A stretch of DNA of 64,000 nucleotides, taken from the NCBI GenBank assembly GCA_964016885.1, contig OZ024754.1, positions 36,394,001-36,458,000 of the forward strand, in the 5' to 3' direction. Below are positions 1 through 13,221 of this stretch, piece by piece (position 1 is the stretch's first letter; each line of letters begins with the position of its first letter). The notes under the pieces are model-generated. The model was not told the origin of the DNA and searched no databases. It saw only the letters and a list, made by a program, of their open reading frames with translations. The translations under genes were made by a program, and so were the position numbers. Origin of the DNA: Eledone cirrhosa. Lineage: Eukaryota.

Positions 1-11
1 TTGTATATTTA

Positions 12-73
<62 letters not shown>

Positions 74-94
74 TCTCTCTCTCTCTCTCTCACA

Positions 95-129
<35 letters not shown>

Positions 130-557
130 TCCCTCTCTCCCGCCCTCTCCCTCTCTGGATGTCTGTGTATGTGTCTACGTGTGTTAGCGTTTCTGTCTTG
201 TGTATGTGTTTGTTTTTTATGACTATCTGTTTCTGTTTGTGTGTGTGTGTTTGTGTTTGTGATTGTGATTGTGACTGTGTGTGTGTGGGGGGGGGGGGGG
301 GGGGTTATGTGTGTGTGTGTGTGGGGGGGGGGGGTTATGTGTGTGTGTGTGTGTGTGTTTGTGTGTATGTGTGTTTATGAGTGTGTGCGTGTTTATGGCT
401 GTGAGTGGTTGTGTTTGAGACTGTGAGTGTGTGTGTGTTTGTGTTTGTGTGTTTGTATGTGTGTGTGTGTGTGTTTATGAGTGTTGGCGTGTTTATGACT
501 GTGTGAGTGGTTGTGTTTGAGACTGTGAGTGTGTGTGTGTTTGTGTTTGTGTGTATA

Positions 558-590
<33 letters not shown>

Positions 591-1280
591 TTATTAGTGT
601 GTGTGTTTATGGCTGTGTGAGTGGTTGTGTTTGTAACTGTGAGTGTGTGTGTGTTTGTGTTTGTGTGTATATGTGTGTGTATGTCTGTGTGTGTGTGTGT
701 GTTTATTAGTATGTGTGTTTATGGCTGTGTGAGTGGTTGTGTTTGTGACTGTGAATGTGTGTGTGTTTGTGTTTGTGTTTGTGTGTATATGTGTGTGTAT
801 GTGTGTGTGTGTGTGTGTTTATGAGTGTGTGCGTGTTTATGGCTGTGTGAGTGGTTGTGTTTGAGACTGTGAGTGTGTGTGTGTTTGTGTTTGTGACTGT
901 GAGTGTGTGTGTTTGTGTTTGTGACTGTGTGTGTGTTTGTGACTGTGTGTATGTTTGTGACTGTGTGTTTGTTTGTGACTGTGTGTGCGTTCGAGTTTTT
1001 TTGTGCTTCTGTGCATGTGTGTTGGTGTTTGTGTCTATGACTGATTATCCATGTCTGTGTGTGTATGTGTGACTGTATGTGTGACTGCGTGTGTGACTGT
1101 ATGTGTGACTCTGAGTGTGACTGTGTGTCTGACTGCGTGTGTGAGTGTGTGACTGTATGTGTGACAGTGTGTGAGACTGAGTGTGTGTGACTGTATGTGT
1201 GACTGTACGTGTGACAGTGTGTGTGTGACTGTGTACGTGTGTCTGTGACTGTGTACGTGTGTTTGTGTTCGTGTATGTGT
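1..1280. repeat. (CT)n followed by degenerate (GT)n/GTGACT microsatellite
   Basis: Directly visible simple repeats; overlapping ORFs are low-complexity translations. Confidence 0.95.
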
Positions 1281-1471
1281 TTTAATAATGTGTTAAAGCA
1301 TAGAATGGGAGTGTTCTAATGGTGGATGTTAGAGAAATGGCGTGAAGGATGTGTGCTGTCATTTGATGAGACAGAAGAGATCAACAAATAACAACCGAAT
1401 CAAATAAAGGCTGTAACTACATGAGTTGGCAATGGCGACAACATTAGTATCAGCATTCGACTAATAAGTCA

Positions 1472-3260
1472 GCCACCAACACCACCATTATACCACTACT
1501 ACCACTAACACCATTATACCAACACTATCGCTACCATTACACCACCACTAGCACCGCCACCAATATACCTCCACCACCATTATACCATCACTACCACTAC
1601 CATTACACCACCACTAGCACCGCCACCAATATACCTCCACCACCATTATACCACCACTAACACCATTATACCAACACTATGACTACCATTGCACCACCAC
1701 TAGCACCGCCACCAATATACCTCCACACCATTATACCACCACTAACACCATTATACCAACACTAGCACCGCCACCAATATACCTCCACCACCATTATACC
1801 ATCACTATCACTACCATTGCACCACCACTAGCACCGCCACCAATATACCTCCACACCATTATACCACCACTAACACCATTATACCAACACTAGCACCGCC
1901 ACCAATATACCTCCACCACCATTATACCATCACTATCACTACCATTGCACCACCACTAGCACCGCCACCAATATACCTCCACACCATTATACCACCACTA
2001 ACACCATTATACCAACACTAGCACCGCCACCAATATACCTCCACCACCATTATACCATCACTACCACTACCATTACACCACCACTAGCACCACCACCAAT
2101 ATACCTCCACCACCATTATACCACCACTACTACCACTAACACCATTATACCAACACTACCACTACCATTACACCACCACTAGCACCGCCACCAATATACC
2201 TCCACCACCATTATACCACTACTACCACTAACACCATTATACCAACACTACCACTACCATTACACCACCACTAGCACCGCCACCAATATACCTCCACCAC
2301 CATTATACCACCACTATTAGTACCATCATTACAGCCACACTTACGCCACCGCCACCACCACCACCATTACCACCACCAGTAAACTACTATAACAACCACC
2401 ACCACCACCACCACCACCACAACTATTACACCACCATCACTATTACACCCCTCCCCCCCACCACCACCACCACAACCACCACTCTTACACCACCACCACC
2501 ACCACCACCGCTATTACACCACCACCACCACCACCACTCTTACACCACCACTCTTACACCACCACTCTTACACCACCACTCTTACACCACCACCACCACC
2601 ACCACTCTTACACCACCACCACCACCACAACCACCACTCTTACACCACCACCACCACCACCACCGCTATTACACCACCACCACCACCACCACTCTTACAC
2701 CACCACTCTTACACCACCACCACCACCACCACTCTTACACCACCACCACCACCACAACCACCACTCTTACACCACCACCACCACCACCACCGCTATTACA
2801 CTACCACCACTATTACACCACCACTCTTACACCACCACCACCACCACCACCGCTATTACACTACCACCACTCTTACACCACCACTCTTACACCACCACCA
2901 CCACCACCACTCTTACACCACCACCACCACTCTTACACCACCACCACCACCACAACCACCACTCTTACACCACCACCACCACCACCACTCTTACACCACC
3001 ACCACCACCACCACTCTTACACCACCACTCTTACACCACCACCACCACCACAACCACCACTCTTACACCACCACCACCACCACAACCACCACTCTTACAC
3101 CACCACCACCACCACAACCACCACTCTTACACCACCACCACCACCACCACCGCTATTACACTACCACCACTATTACCCCCCCCCCCATCACCCCCCACAT
3201 CACCCCACCCCCCACCCACAACCACCACACCTCCACCACCACTAATATTACATCACCATT
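1472..3260. repeat. CCA-rich minisatellite grading into (CCA)n/ACTCTTACACC repeats
   Basis: Recurring units such as CTAGCACCGCCACCAATATACCTCCACCACCATTATACC, then CCACCACTCTTACA units. Confidence 0.9.
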
Positions 3261-3340
3261 ATCTCACATCTGTCAAATGTAATTCAGTTAAGTTGACGTA
3301 ACAATATGGCGATCGAAGTAAGTAATATCTTGTCCAGTGG

Positions 3341-3435
3341 TTTACAACATACAATGTCTGCTGCGTCCTTCACTTACAACATACAATGTCTGCTGCGTCC
3401 TTCACTTACAACATACAATGTCTGCTGCGTCCCTC
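3341..3435. repeat. 32-bp tandem repeat, about 3 copies
   Basis: TTACAACATACAATGTCTGCTGCGTCCTTCAC repeated head to tail. Confidence 0.85.
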
Positions 3436-3566
3436 ACCCATGTTGCTTACTTGGCGGAAACACACAAAATAACTCATTCACTGATAATAGGAAAGCATAC
3501 CAACTAATAAAATACATGCTGAAATACACACACTCAAATATACATGTATATATATATATATGTGTG

Positions 3567-3630
<64 letters not shown>

Positions 3631-3748
3631 TGTTTGTGTGTGTGTGTGTGTGCGTGTGTGTGTGTGTGTTTCAGCATGTATTTTATTAGTTGGTATGCTT
3701 TTCTATTATCAGTGAATGAGTTATTTTGTGTAAGCAACATGGGTGAGG
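3433..3748. repeat. Inverted repeat (about 85-bp arms) enclosing a (TA)n(GT)n microsatellite
   Basis: CCTCACCCATGTTGCTTAC...CAAAATAACTCATTCACTGATAATAG...CATGCTGAAA on the left recurs as its reverse complement at about 3665-3748. Confidence 0.85.
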
Positions 3749-3753
3749 AACGC

Positions 3754-3784
<31 letters not shown>

Positions 3785-3788
3785 GTGT

Positions 3789-3843
<55 letters not shown>

Positions 3844-4010
3844 GGAGGGAGAGAGAGCGAGAGAGAGAGAGAAAGAGAGAGAGGGGGGCGAGAGAGAAAT
3901 GGCTTCTACAGGACTAGAACTGTTTCTTTCAAAGGAAATCATATTAAATATTTATACTCTGCTATGTATTGAGTACCTTACTTACTGTGGTTACCCCGAT
4001 TGAATCCCGG

Positions 4011-4112
<102 letters not shown>

Positions 4113-4493
4113 GCACGCACACGCACACACTCGCGCACACAAATATATACATATTGCTTAGAACTTTTCTTGTTTTCAAATATACCTAACCAAGGATTTC
4201 ACAAGACAGAGAGAAGAAGAAATAAATTAATTAATTAAAATAAAAATGGCGTAGACATACAATACAACAGGAGGAAACATAATAGTTCCACTGATGATGT
4301 AGCAGATGTGCAACGAAAGAACTTTGATAGACTATATACATTTATATCTGTTGGTCAGTCAATGATAAACATTGATTGCCAAATAAATTAACTATGGAGA
4401 TATAAAAGATACATAAGCGAAAACCAACCAAACAGTGAGTGTGTTCTGTTATTATTCTGGCAATATTACAACAATAAGACCCTCCCCAAGTAT

Positions 4494-5001
<508 letters not shown>

Positions 5002-5037
5002 TCTCTATAACCTTCGTTTTGTGCAGAAAATTACACT

Positions 5038-5118
<81 letters not shown>

Positions 5119-5139
5119 GATACACACACATACATATTG

Positions 5140-5315
5140 GAAGATTCAGTGAGACACAGGATGTGGCAAGACTGTCCCTTTGAATTACAAGTACAATAGA
5201 TCTTTTTTTTTCAGCTGAGAGTACTGGAGCAACGAGAAATAAAGTCTCTTCGTGAGAATCAAACACATGACCTTACGGTCATCAGCCGAACGCATACCAC
5301 TTAACCACTAAGCTA
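5140..5315 (-). mobile_element. Degenerate tRNA-derived SINE
   Basis: Shares the CCCTTTGAATTA motif with 20910-20965 and 46680-46770; tRNA-like head remnant at the right end. Confidence 0.45.
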
Positions 5316-5593
5316 CATATTAGGTGATTGGAAATCATCGAAATGGAAAGAAAAATATTAAATCTACGTCCCAATAAATTAGCTCGTGATAAGAGGATAG
5401 TGAAGACAGATTAAATTATGCATTGATAAATAAGACACAGCTATATTCAGAACAAATAAGATGGTGTATATTACCTACTGCATAAATAAATACACACAGA
5501 CAGGACAAAGAGGTATTGCAGAAATGAACAATATATAAATATATTAACAATGTAAGAATTACACAATGGAAATTGTTAGTTGTTGTTCTTTTG

Positions 5594-5667
<74 letters not shown>

Positions 5668-5674
<7 letters not shown>

Positions 5675-6040
5675 TTCAAAATATTAACAATAATAGACAT
5701 TCGTGTGATCAAGTATATTTTATTATACATATTTCAGAGGTACTGAGCTATCTTCAACAGTATGTCGTCATCAGATAAAATAAGATGATGTATGACATAC
5801 CCTGACTTAGTAGATGGTTAAGATTCAGTCATGGTAGTGAATAAGATATGACAAAACTCAATATTTATATACCTTAAGATTGAGACATGAAAAAATTACA
5901 TATAATACAGAGGGTGCGTGTGAGAAAGCTTTAAAAAATACATAATAGCAATTTACATAACTGCTACCTCTGAAATATGTATAATAAAATATACTTGATC
6001 ACACGAATGTCTATTATTGTTAATATTTTGAATTAATATT
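5668..6040. mobile_element. Fold-back unit with about 73-bp inverted arms next to (TA)n, probable PLE remnant
   Basis: TATTAATTCAAAATATTAAC...CATATTTCAGAGGTA (5668-5742) recurs inverted at 5966-6039. Confidence 0.6.
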
Positions 6041-6127
6041 AATAACTCCGGAAAACCATATTTGTGGAGTGCTTCTAATCTATTGTAAAACTTTATTCTT
6101 TGATTTATTCATTGAACCTTGTTTAAC

Positions 6128-6238
<111 letters not shown>

Positions 6239-6487
6239 TTGGTATTGTCAGCAAATATTGAAAGGTATTGTCAGCAAATATTATAAATACATAGGAAGGT
6301 TAAGAAGTGTATAGGTGTATAAATAATGAAGGAGACGCGTAGAATGTTGTTTATTTGTTGAAATAAAGAAACAACTATAAAAAACATAGAGGATGTAACT
6401 GGGGCAATTTCTTTTCTTTGTAATGCATAAATATAACAATATAACAAAACTAACACACTTCTAGACAAGAAATACGAAAGTTAAAGC

Positions 6488-6573
<86 letters not shown>

Positions 6574-6727
6574 AGAGTAAATATATATATATATATATAT
6601 ATATTTAATATAGAAATGGCTTCTACAGGACTGGAACTGTTTCATTCGGAAGAAATCATTCTATTTCTATTTTAAATATATTAAATATTTATACTCTGCT
6701 ATGTATTGAGTACCTTACTTACTGTGG

Positions 6728-6770
<43 letters not shown>

Positions 6771-6820
6771 TAATGAAATAACAGGAGGCTGGATTTGTGT
6801 AAATCCTTGAAAGGTTTATT

Positions 6821-6878
6821 ATACTATGATCATTTCAATGACCGGGTTCCGTATGAATCCGGTGATATCATCAGGTAT
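6821..6878 (-). ncRNA. Type I hammerhead ribozyme motif
   Basis: Minus strand: ATAC-CTGATGA-tATCACCGG...CCGGTCATt-GAAA-TGATCA-TA-GTAT followed by AATAAA; 4-bp stem I, palindromic stem III. Confidence 0.75.
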
Positions 6879-7538
6879 TCGAAATATAATACGTGAATGT
6901 AATAGATAAAATCCATGGGGCTGAAAATCGAGGACCCGAGGGCGACCGCTATTCTGTTCCTTCACCTCAGCCGGTCGCCCTGGAGTGACGTGGCTAAAGT
7001 TTATAGTATGCTACTACCGGTCAGATAAACGAAAACAGAAAGGGATGGGAACATACGGAATAGACCAGCTCTATACAGTGGTGAACCTCAAACCTGAATA
7101 TATATATATCTACTTTCTTTCGCCCCCTCTGTCATATCAGTTAACTCTTCCTCACACTTCCACTCACTCACTGTTTCTCCCCTTCTCACTTCACCCCGTT
7201 CGCGACGAATACATTTTCTTTCTTTCTTACATTTGGATTCATCTCGAAAGGTCTTTTTTCTAAACGCTCATATATTCACCTAGATTATGCTAACAGAATA
7301 ACTATGTAGCTTGTTCCCTTCCTCTCTACGGTTAGCTTTCCTCTTTGTTGTTTACTTGTCTCACTCGCTTTACGCGTTTTAATTGTCCTAATAACTTAAT
7401 TTAGTTATTATTGCACCGACGTGAGGTATATGATTTTTAATGCAATGAAATATCTATGATCGTCGGCAAATCACTGATGAGGGACTCATTTTATAACATG
7501 TTATCCATGTGCAACCTGCAGTATTCTTCTCCCCATTT

Positions 7539-7580
<42 letters not shown>

Positions 7581-7818
7581 GGTTATACGGTTCTAATATT
7601 ATGTTCGTATCGACAGAAGTCATGATATCTGATAATGCTTAAGAGAAAGAGTGAAAAGGCTGTCGCCATCATAGAGTTATGATAGTAATAAGACATTGTG
7701 ACTGCATCGCCAAAGACAACTAAGGAATGCATGTTAATATAACGAGTTAGTTTATATGACTGTCATTAGCGTGATGAATGGTAGAACGATGGTGTTTATG
7801 TCTGGAATACCTTCACAA

Positions 7819-7941
<123 letters not shown>

Positions 7942-7957
7942 ATATATATATATATTT

Positions 7958-8052
<95 letters not shown>

Positions 8053-8055
8053 TAT

Positions 8056-8095
8056 CTGAAGATTTCATCTGAATGAAACAGTACTAGTCCTGTAG
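8056..8095 (+). ncRNA. Truncated hammerhead motif (stem I 5' strand lost in the TA tract)
   Basis: CTGAAGA-tTTC(atct)GAAt-GAAA-CAGTACTAG-TC-CTGTAG; related segments occur inverted at about 3898-3940 and 6614-6658. Confidence 0.45.
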
Positions 8096-8154
8096 AAGTT
8101 CCTTCTATAAAATAAAAATAAAAATATATATATATTATATATATATATATTATA

Positions 8155-8226
<72 letters not shown>

Positions 8227-8620
8227 CATTGAGACGAAGTAGAAGAGAAAAGACAATGGCATACCTCGATTAAGATGTAGACGATGATGATGAGAAGAAG
8301 AAGAAGAAGGAGAAGAAGAAGAAGAAGAAGAAGAAGAAGAAGAAGAAGAAGAAGAAGAAGAAGAAGAAGAAGAATTCCCTACCCCAACCAACCGATTAGT
8401 TTTGATGAAACGTGGAAGAGTTGTCTCTCCTTCCGGTAATTGCTGAGAATTCATTACGAAGGAAAGAAAAGAAAAAAAAGAAAAGAAAAAAAACGTCTGG
8501 TGAATTTGTGGAGTCGTATTTCTTGGAAAGCAAAAATGTGAGTTCAGTTTAGTTTGAGGCATGTTGTTTTTTTTTTTGTTCAAGAGCATTATCCCACTAA
8601 ATTTTACTGAGCGACGATAA

Positions 8621-8644
8621 TCACGTGATCATGTGATCACGTGA
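8621..8644. promoter_or_regulatory. Three abutting E-box/CLEAR-like sites
   Basis: TCACGTGA-TCATGTGA-TCACGTGA in otherwise unique sequence. Confidence 0.4.
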
Positions 8645-8934
8645 TCAATAAGTTGTCGTCAACAACTTTGGTGTTAGCTAGAAGCAGATTTGTTTAATAT
8701 TATTATTTTTTTTTGGGGGGGGGGGGGGGAGTATATCTTGTTTTTATCTATTTTCCTAGCTACGACATAATGTACGAGGAATCAAGTTTCTGTTGGGAAC
8801 AGGCCAGCCACGAGTTCGAATATTGCCATCAGCAGAAGTGAATTTTATTTTAACAGTAACCTAATTAGAAACGTGTGAATATATTCTGTTAGCCAGTTAA
8901 AACATCGTATCTAAATCAAGTATGTAAACTTAAA

Positions 8935-9060
8935 CTCTAGGGTAAAGTCGATCAAATCGACCCCAGTGTGTTACTGGTACTTTATTTTATCGACCCCCGT
9001 AAGAATGAAAGGTAAAGTTAACCTCGGTGGGATTTGAACTCAAAACGTAAAGAACCGTAA
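8935..9060 (-). mobile_element. Nin/Deu-domain SINE fragment
   Basis: CTGGTACTTTATTTTATCGACCCCCGTAAGAATGAAAGG is the reverse complement of the conserved CCTTTCATCCTT..GGGGTCGATAAAAT..GTACCAG core. Confidence 0.8.
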
Positions 9061-9175
9061 CTCATGGTGTCTGATGCTAGAGCCAATTGTGTACATTTCT
9101 GTCTACATGACTATTGTACATAAAAAGCTATGTAATGAAAGTTTTACAAGAGAAGCTGGTAAGAACTATCTAGTA

Positions 9176-9489
9176 CAGTCATGGGTAACCTGCGGCCCGC
9201 AAGCCACATACAGCCCACGAAGCTTTCTGACTGGCTCGCCCAAGTCACCTAAGTGAAATCTCTTTTTTGATTTTTTTACCCCAACTTTTCAGTCGTAATT
9301 TATCTTTCTATCATTTTTACGATCGAGGAAAACAACGTGTAGGAATTCTGAAGAAACAAATCAAAACAACCTGAGTTACCACCCTTTTTTTCTTAATGTG
9401 GGCACGAATGTTTATTAGCGCTTGCCGCCCGCCTGATGATGAGCCATATCTCATGCTGCCCGCTTCTCGAAAAATGTTGCCCATGCCCG
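9176..9489. mobile_element. Non-autonomous hAT (Charlie-like) MITE
   Basis: TIRs CAGTCATGGGTAAC / GTTGCCCATGCCCG, subterminal GCGGCCCGC, imperfect 8-bp TSD ATCTAGTA/CTCTAGTG. Confidence 0.75.
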
Positions 9490-9701
9490 CTCTAGTGCGT
9501 TAATTTGAATAAGTTTGTATGTCACGTTAAAAAAAACATCCATCTGATATTTCGGCGAAAACCTCTCGCCTCAGAGACAAAATATATTTTCAATTTATCT
9601 CAAGCAATAAACCTAATCAAAGTTGAAATACCTAAATATATTGTAGTGTCCCCTACTTGTCACCCTACGTTCCCATCCTCCTCTTAATAAACCAACGGTC
9701 A

Positions 9702-9886
9702 TTTGGCAAAATCGGGAGATCGTCGGACAACATGCTTTGCAGCATAGAGTTATGTCCCTTTACGTTCTGAGTTCCAATCCCGCCGATGTTAACTTTACCT
9801 TTCATCCTTACGGGGTCGATAAAATAAAGTACCAGTAATGCACTGGAGTAGTTGCTGGACTTGTGCCAAAATTAGAAACAATTATT
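9702..9886 (+). mobile_element. tRNA-derived Nin/Deu-domain SINE
   Basis: A-box TGGCAAAATCGG, B-box GAGTTCCAATCC, Deu core and GCTGGACTTGTGCCAAAATTAGAAACAATTA tail. Confidence 0.8.
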
Positions 9887-10095
9887 AGCGTTCGACTGTT
9901 GTAGCTGATGGTCAAATTTCTCCTCCATCCATTACAGCTTTCAGAATCAGTTGTGGTCCCGTGGTTGGATGATTAATCCCTCGAACATTGGTGGGATTTT
10001 AATTCCATCCCTATTGTTGTGCGAGAGTACGACGCCCCCTGGCGAGAATGGGCTGGACCACTACATATAAATAGTAGCGGCCTGAGTAAGTGGGC

Positions 10096-10572
10096 AAGTT
10101 CGTACTAGTTCCACAGTTCGTGTGTTGATAGTCGAAGTTGGTACTAGTTCCACAGTTCGTGTGTTGATAGTCAAAGTTGGTACTAGTTCCACAGTTCGTG
10201 CGTTGATAGTCAAAGTTGGAACTAGTTCCACAGTTGTTGTGTTGATAGTCAAAGTTGGTACTAGTTCCACAGTTGGTGTGTTGATAGTCACAGTTGGTAC
10301 TAGTTCCACAGTTGTTGTGTGATAGTCGAAGTTGGTACTAGTTCCACAGTTGGTGTGTTGATAGTCAAAGTTGGTACTAGTTCCACAGTTGTTGTGTTGA
10401 TAGTCAAAGTTGGTACTAGTTCCACAGTTCGTGTGTTGATAGTCAAAGTTGGTACTAGTTCCACAGTTGTTGTGTTGATAGTCACAGTTGGTACTAGTTC
10501 CACAGTTGTTGTGTTGATAGTCACAATTAGTACTATTTCCACAGTTCGTGTTTTGATAGTCGAAGTTGGAGT
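10096..10572. repeat. 39-bp minisatellite, about 12 copies
   Basis: GTTGGTACTAGTTCCACAGTTCGTGTGTTGATAGTCAAA units with no unique spacers. Confidence 0.9.
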
Positions 10573-11149
10573 TGAAGTTCACAGTTCGAGTTAGTGTGTT
10601 GGATTGTTGGTTCTTAAAAGATTGTTGTTCTGTTACGTGTGGTTATTGCTGTTAGTTTCGATTATATTGTTATTACGTTGTTGCAGTGTATTCGTTTATC
10701 CAGAAGGACATAATACCTATACTGAATTCCAGCTTAGAATGTAAAGTACCGAAAGACTAACGCAAAAGGTTATCTTGTGCTGTAACATTTTTACCAAACT
10801 ATCGCCCTTGAACTGCTACTTTTGCCATCAACTCGGAGAGATGAAAGGCAAAGTTGGCCTGTAAGGGATTTGAATTTAGATTACAGAAAGCCGAAACAAT
10901 TCTCTCTAAGCATTCTATTCGCTGCCCTAATGACTCCATCAACTTGCTGACAACAATATTGGCAGAATCACTATTTTGTTACGTTTAAGGTCTCGTTATT
11001 CTTGATGGAGTCGTAGGGGTACCGTAGTGGTATACAGCACAATTTTGGGCATTTTAAACCTGGCAACGCTCATCTCATCCCTCTCCAGGTCTGAATGCAG
11101 CAGATTTCTTCCAGCGGATGATAGAAAGTGAGAGAGAGAGAGACGGGGG

Positions 11150-11302
11150 AAGAATCGATCCCAGAACTAGACTGGTACTTTTTTTATCGAAAGGATGAAA
11201 GGCAAAGTTGGTCTTGGTGGGATTTGAACTCCGATCACAGAGAGCCGGAACGAATACGGCAAAGCAGTCTATCAGACCTTCTAACGACTCTGCCAATTCG
11301 CC
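11150..11302 (-). mobile_element. Diverged Nin/Deu SINE (a further diverged copy lies at about 10815-10950)
   Basis: CTGGTACTTTTTTATCGAAAGGATGAAAGGCAAAGTT...GGATTTGAACTC. Confidence 0.65.
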
Positions 11303-11593
11303 GTCGGACGAAATTACTTGTGATATATATGAAGCTACAACCCTTTCTGTGCTCAGTCCCAACTCTACTGCAGTCTTTCCTTTTTCCAAGATCCATAAAA
11401 GTACCAGTGGATTGTTGTTCAATATAATCGATTTTAACCATCCTCCAAAAATATCAATAAGGACAGATAAGTAAGTGATGGATTTTATTAACAAAAGTTC
11501 CGGTAATTGATTATTGTTCTGCCTGAGCCTGACTTAGACCGGATGTTTAACATGAAACATCCCATAAAAATTGAGCGTGTTTGAAAAACTGAT

Positions 11594-11800
11594 TCAGTAT
11601 ACGAGGCCCCATGACACTTCTCGTAACAAAGACAACGTATTCTGGATACGAGGTCCCATGGCACTCCTCACAACAAAGACATTTTATTCAGGATACGAGA
11701 TCCCATGATACTCCCTCACAACAACGACATTATATTCAGGATATGAGGTCCCATGACACTACTCACAACAAGGACATTATATTCAGGCTATGGGGTGCCA
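11594..11800. repeat. About 47-bp minisatellite, 4-5 copies
   Basis: TATTCAGGATACGAGGTCCCATGACACTCCTCACAACAAAGACAT variants. Confidence 0.8.
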
Positions 11801-12388
11801 TGATAAAGACAACGTATTCACCGAGCCTGACTAATTGTTGATCATCACCGGAACGCTGAGAGATTACCTATATTATCTACACTGGTCTGTGGACAAATGA
11901 ATAATAGTAATGACCCGGCAGTATTGATTGATAAAAAAAATCATTAGTGATATCGATCGAGAGTAAAGGAATAATGATCTACGTTAGGATATATGCCCTA
12001 CATAACTAGATTAGCGATGTAATTTGAGTAAAATGATTGAAACGGGAAATCGAAAATCGGTATCAGATTTGGTTCGCTGAAGACTTCATACGACTATTTA
12101 CCACTCACTAGCACGCACAATGAAATATATATAAGTATAGACAACAATCTAAACATTGATGCCATTGTCCGGCTATTGTTGACTATTTCTGTTGCCTACC
12201 GCACACTTATATACATATATACAGTCACATATATAATACAAGGCTAGAGCATATACAATAAAAGACTAGAGTATCACAATGTTGCTATTAATAGAAATAG
12301 ATTATCTGTGTGTGGAGGTAGGTATTGTTTGTAGGTAGGTATTAAAGCTTCTTGATTTACACCCACACCATTATTCAAAGTTTTATAG

Positions 12389-12773
12389 ACATGAAAGTAC
12401 GTCTAATACGTCAGATAATGTCGATATAAGTCAACATTTCTTAATCTTTATTACATGAAAGAGCGTCTAATACGTCAGATAATGTCGATCTAATTCAACA
12501 TTTCTTAACCTTTTTACATGAAAGAACGTCTAATATGTCAGATAATGTCGATATAAGTCAACATTTCTTAACCTTTATTACATGAAAGAGCGTCTAATAC
12601 GTCAGATAATGTCGATCTAATTCAACATTTCTTAACCCTTTTACATGAAAGAACGTCTAATACGTCAGATAATGTCGATATAAGTCAACATTTCTTAACC
12701 TTTTTTATATGAAAGAGCGTCTAATACGTCAGATAACGTCGATATAAGTCAACATTTCTTAACCCTTTTTACA
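12389..12773. repeat. About 64-bp minisatellite, 6 copies, partly alternating variants
   Basis: ACATGAAAGAGCGTCTAATACGTCAGATAATGTCGAT(ATAAG/CTAAT)TCAACATTTCTTAACC. Confidence 0.9.
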
Positions 12774-12913
12774 CTCGTATAGTGTGTTATGTCTCAGGTA
12801 ACTCCTGAATAATAATTGACGACCTAGATTTGAATAATACAAAAGTTTGGAATTATAATAACGAAGGGTTTCCCAAAGATATGCCGTACGTGCATAGTAA
12901 AATAACGAATATA

Positions 12914-13165
12914 CCGCATTTCCCGGCGCCGAAGATGCTTCGTCGTCGAGAACGCACCCTAATTTTGACAACCAAAAATTTGAAGAAAAAAAATACCGTA
13001 TTTCCCGGCGCCGAAGACGCTTCGTCCTTGAAGACGCACCCTAATTTTGACAACCAAAAATTTGAAAAAAATAATAATAAACAACCTTCGGCCTCCAGGA
13101 CGCATGGTAGACGTTTTAGACTTATTTTAGGAAAAAGGTAGCGTCTTCGACGCCGGGAAATACGG
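12914..13165. mobile_element. Tc1/mariner-pogo type MITE (12996-13165) with a duplicated left end (12914-12985)
   Basis: 25-bp TIRs CCGTATTTCCCGGCGCCGAAGACGC / GCGTCTTCGACGCCGGGAAATACGG, preceded by TA; another left end at 28288-28340. Confidence 0.75.
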
Positions 13166-13221
13166 TTACATTTCGGTCAGCTCTGTCCGATATACACGCA
13201 GGGTGACAAAAACGTCGTACA

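Noticed and set aside
1472-3260. Mucin-like or extensin-like Pro/Thr-rich exon
   Set aside because: No ORF in the track, units contain stops and indels, and no splice evidence.
7473-7500. Isolated CTGATGA as a hammerhead (also at 9433 and 32606)
   Set aside because: No properly placed stem II, GAAA, NUH and stem I; 9433 lies inside a hAT MITE.
8490-8562. MPQTKL... start resembling the N-terminus of CDC6
   Set aside because: Only four residues match; the frame runs into low-complexity sequence with no clear splice donor.
10096-10572. 39-bp repeat as a CRISPR array or repeat-protein exon
   Set aside because: Contiguous units with no spacers, a 1-nt deletion near 10320 that breaks the frame, and no recognisable domain.
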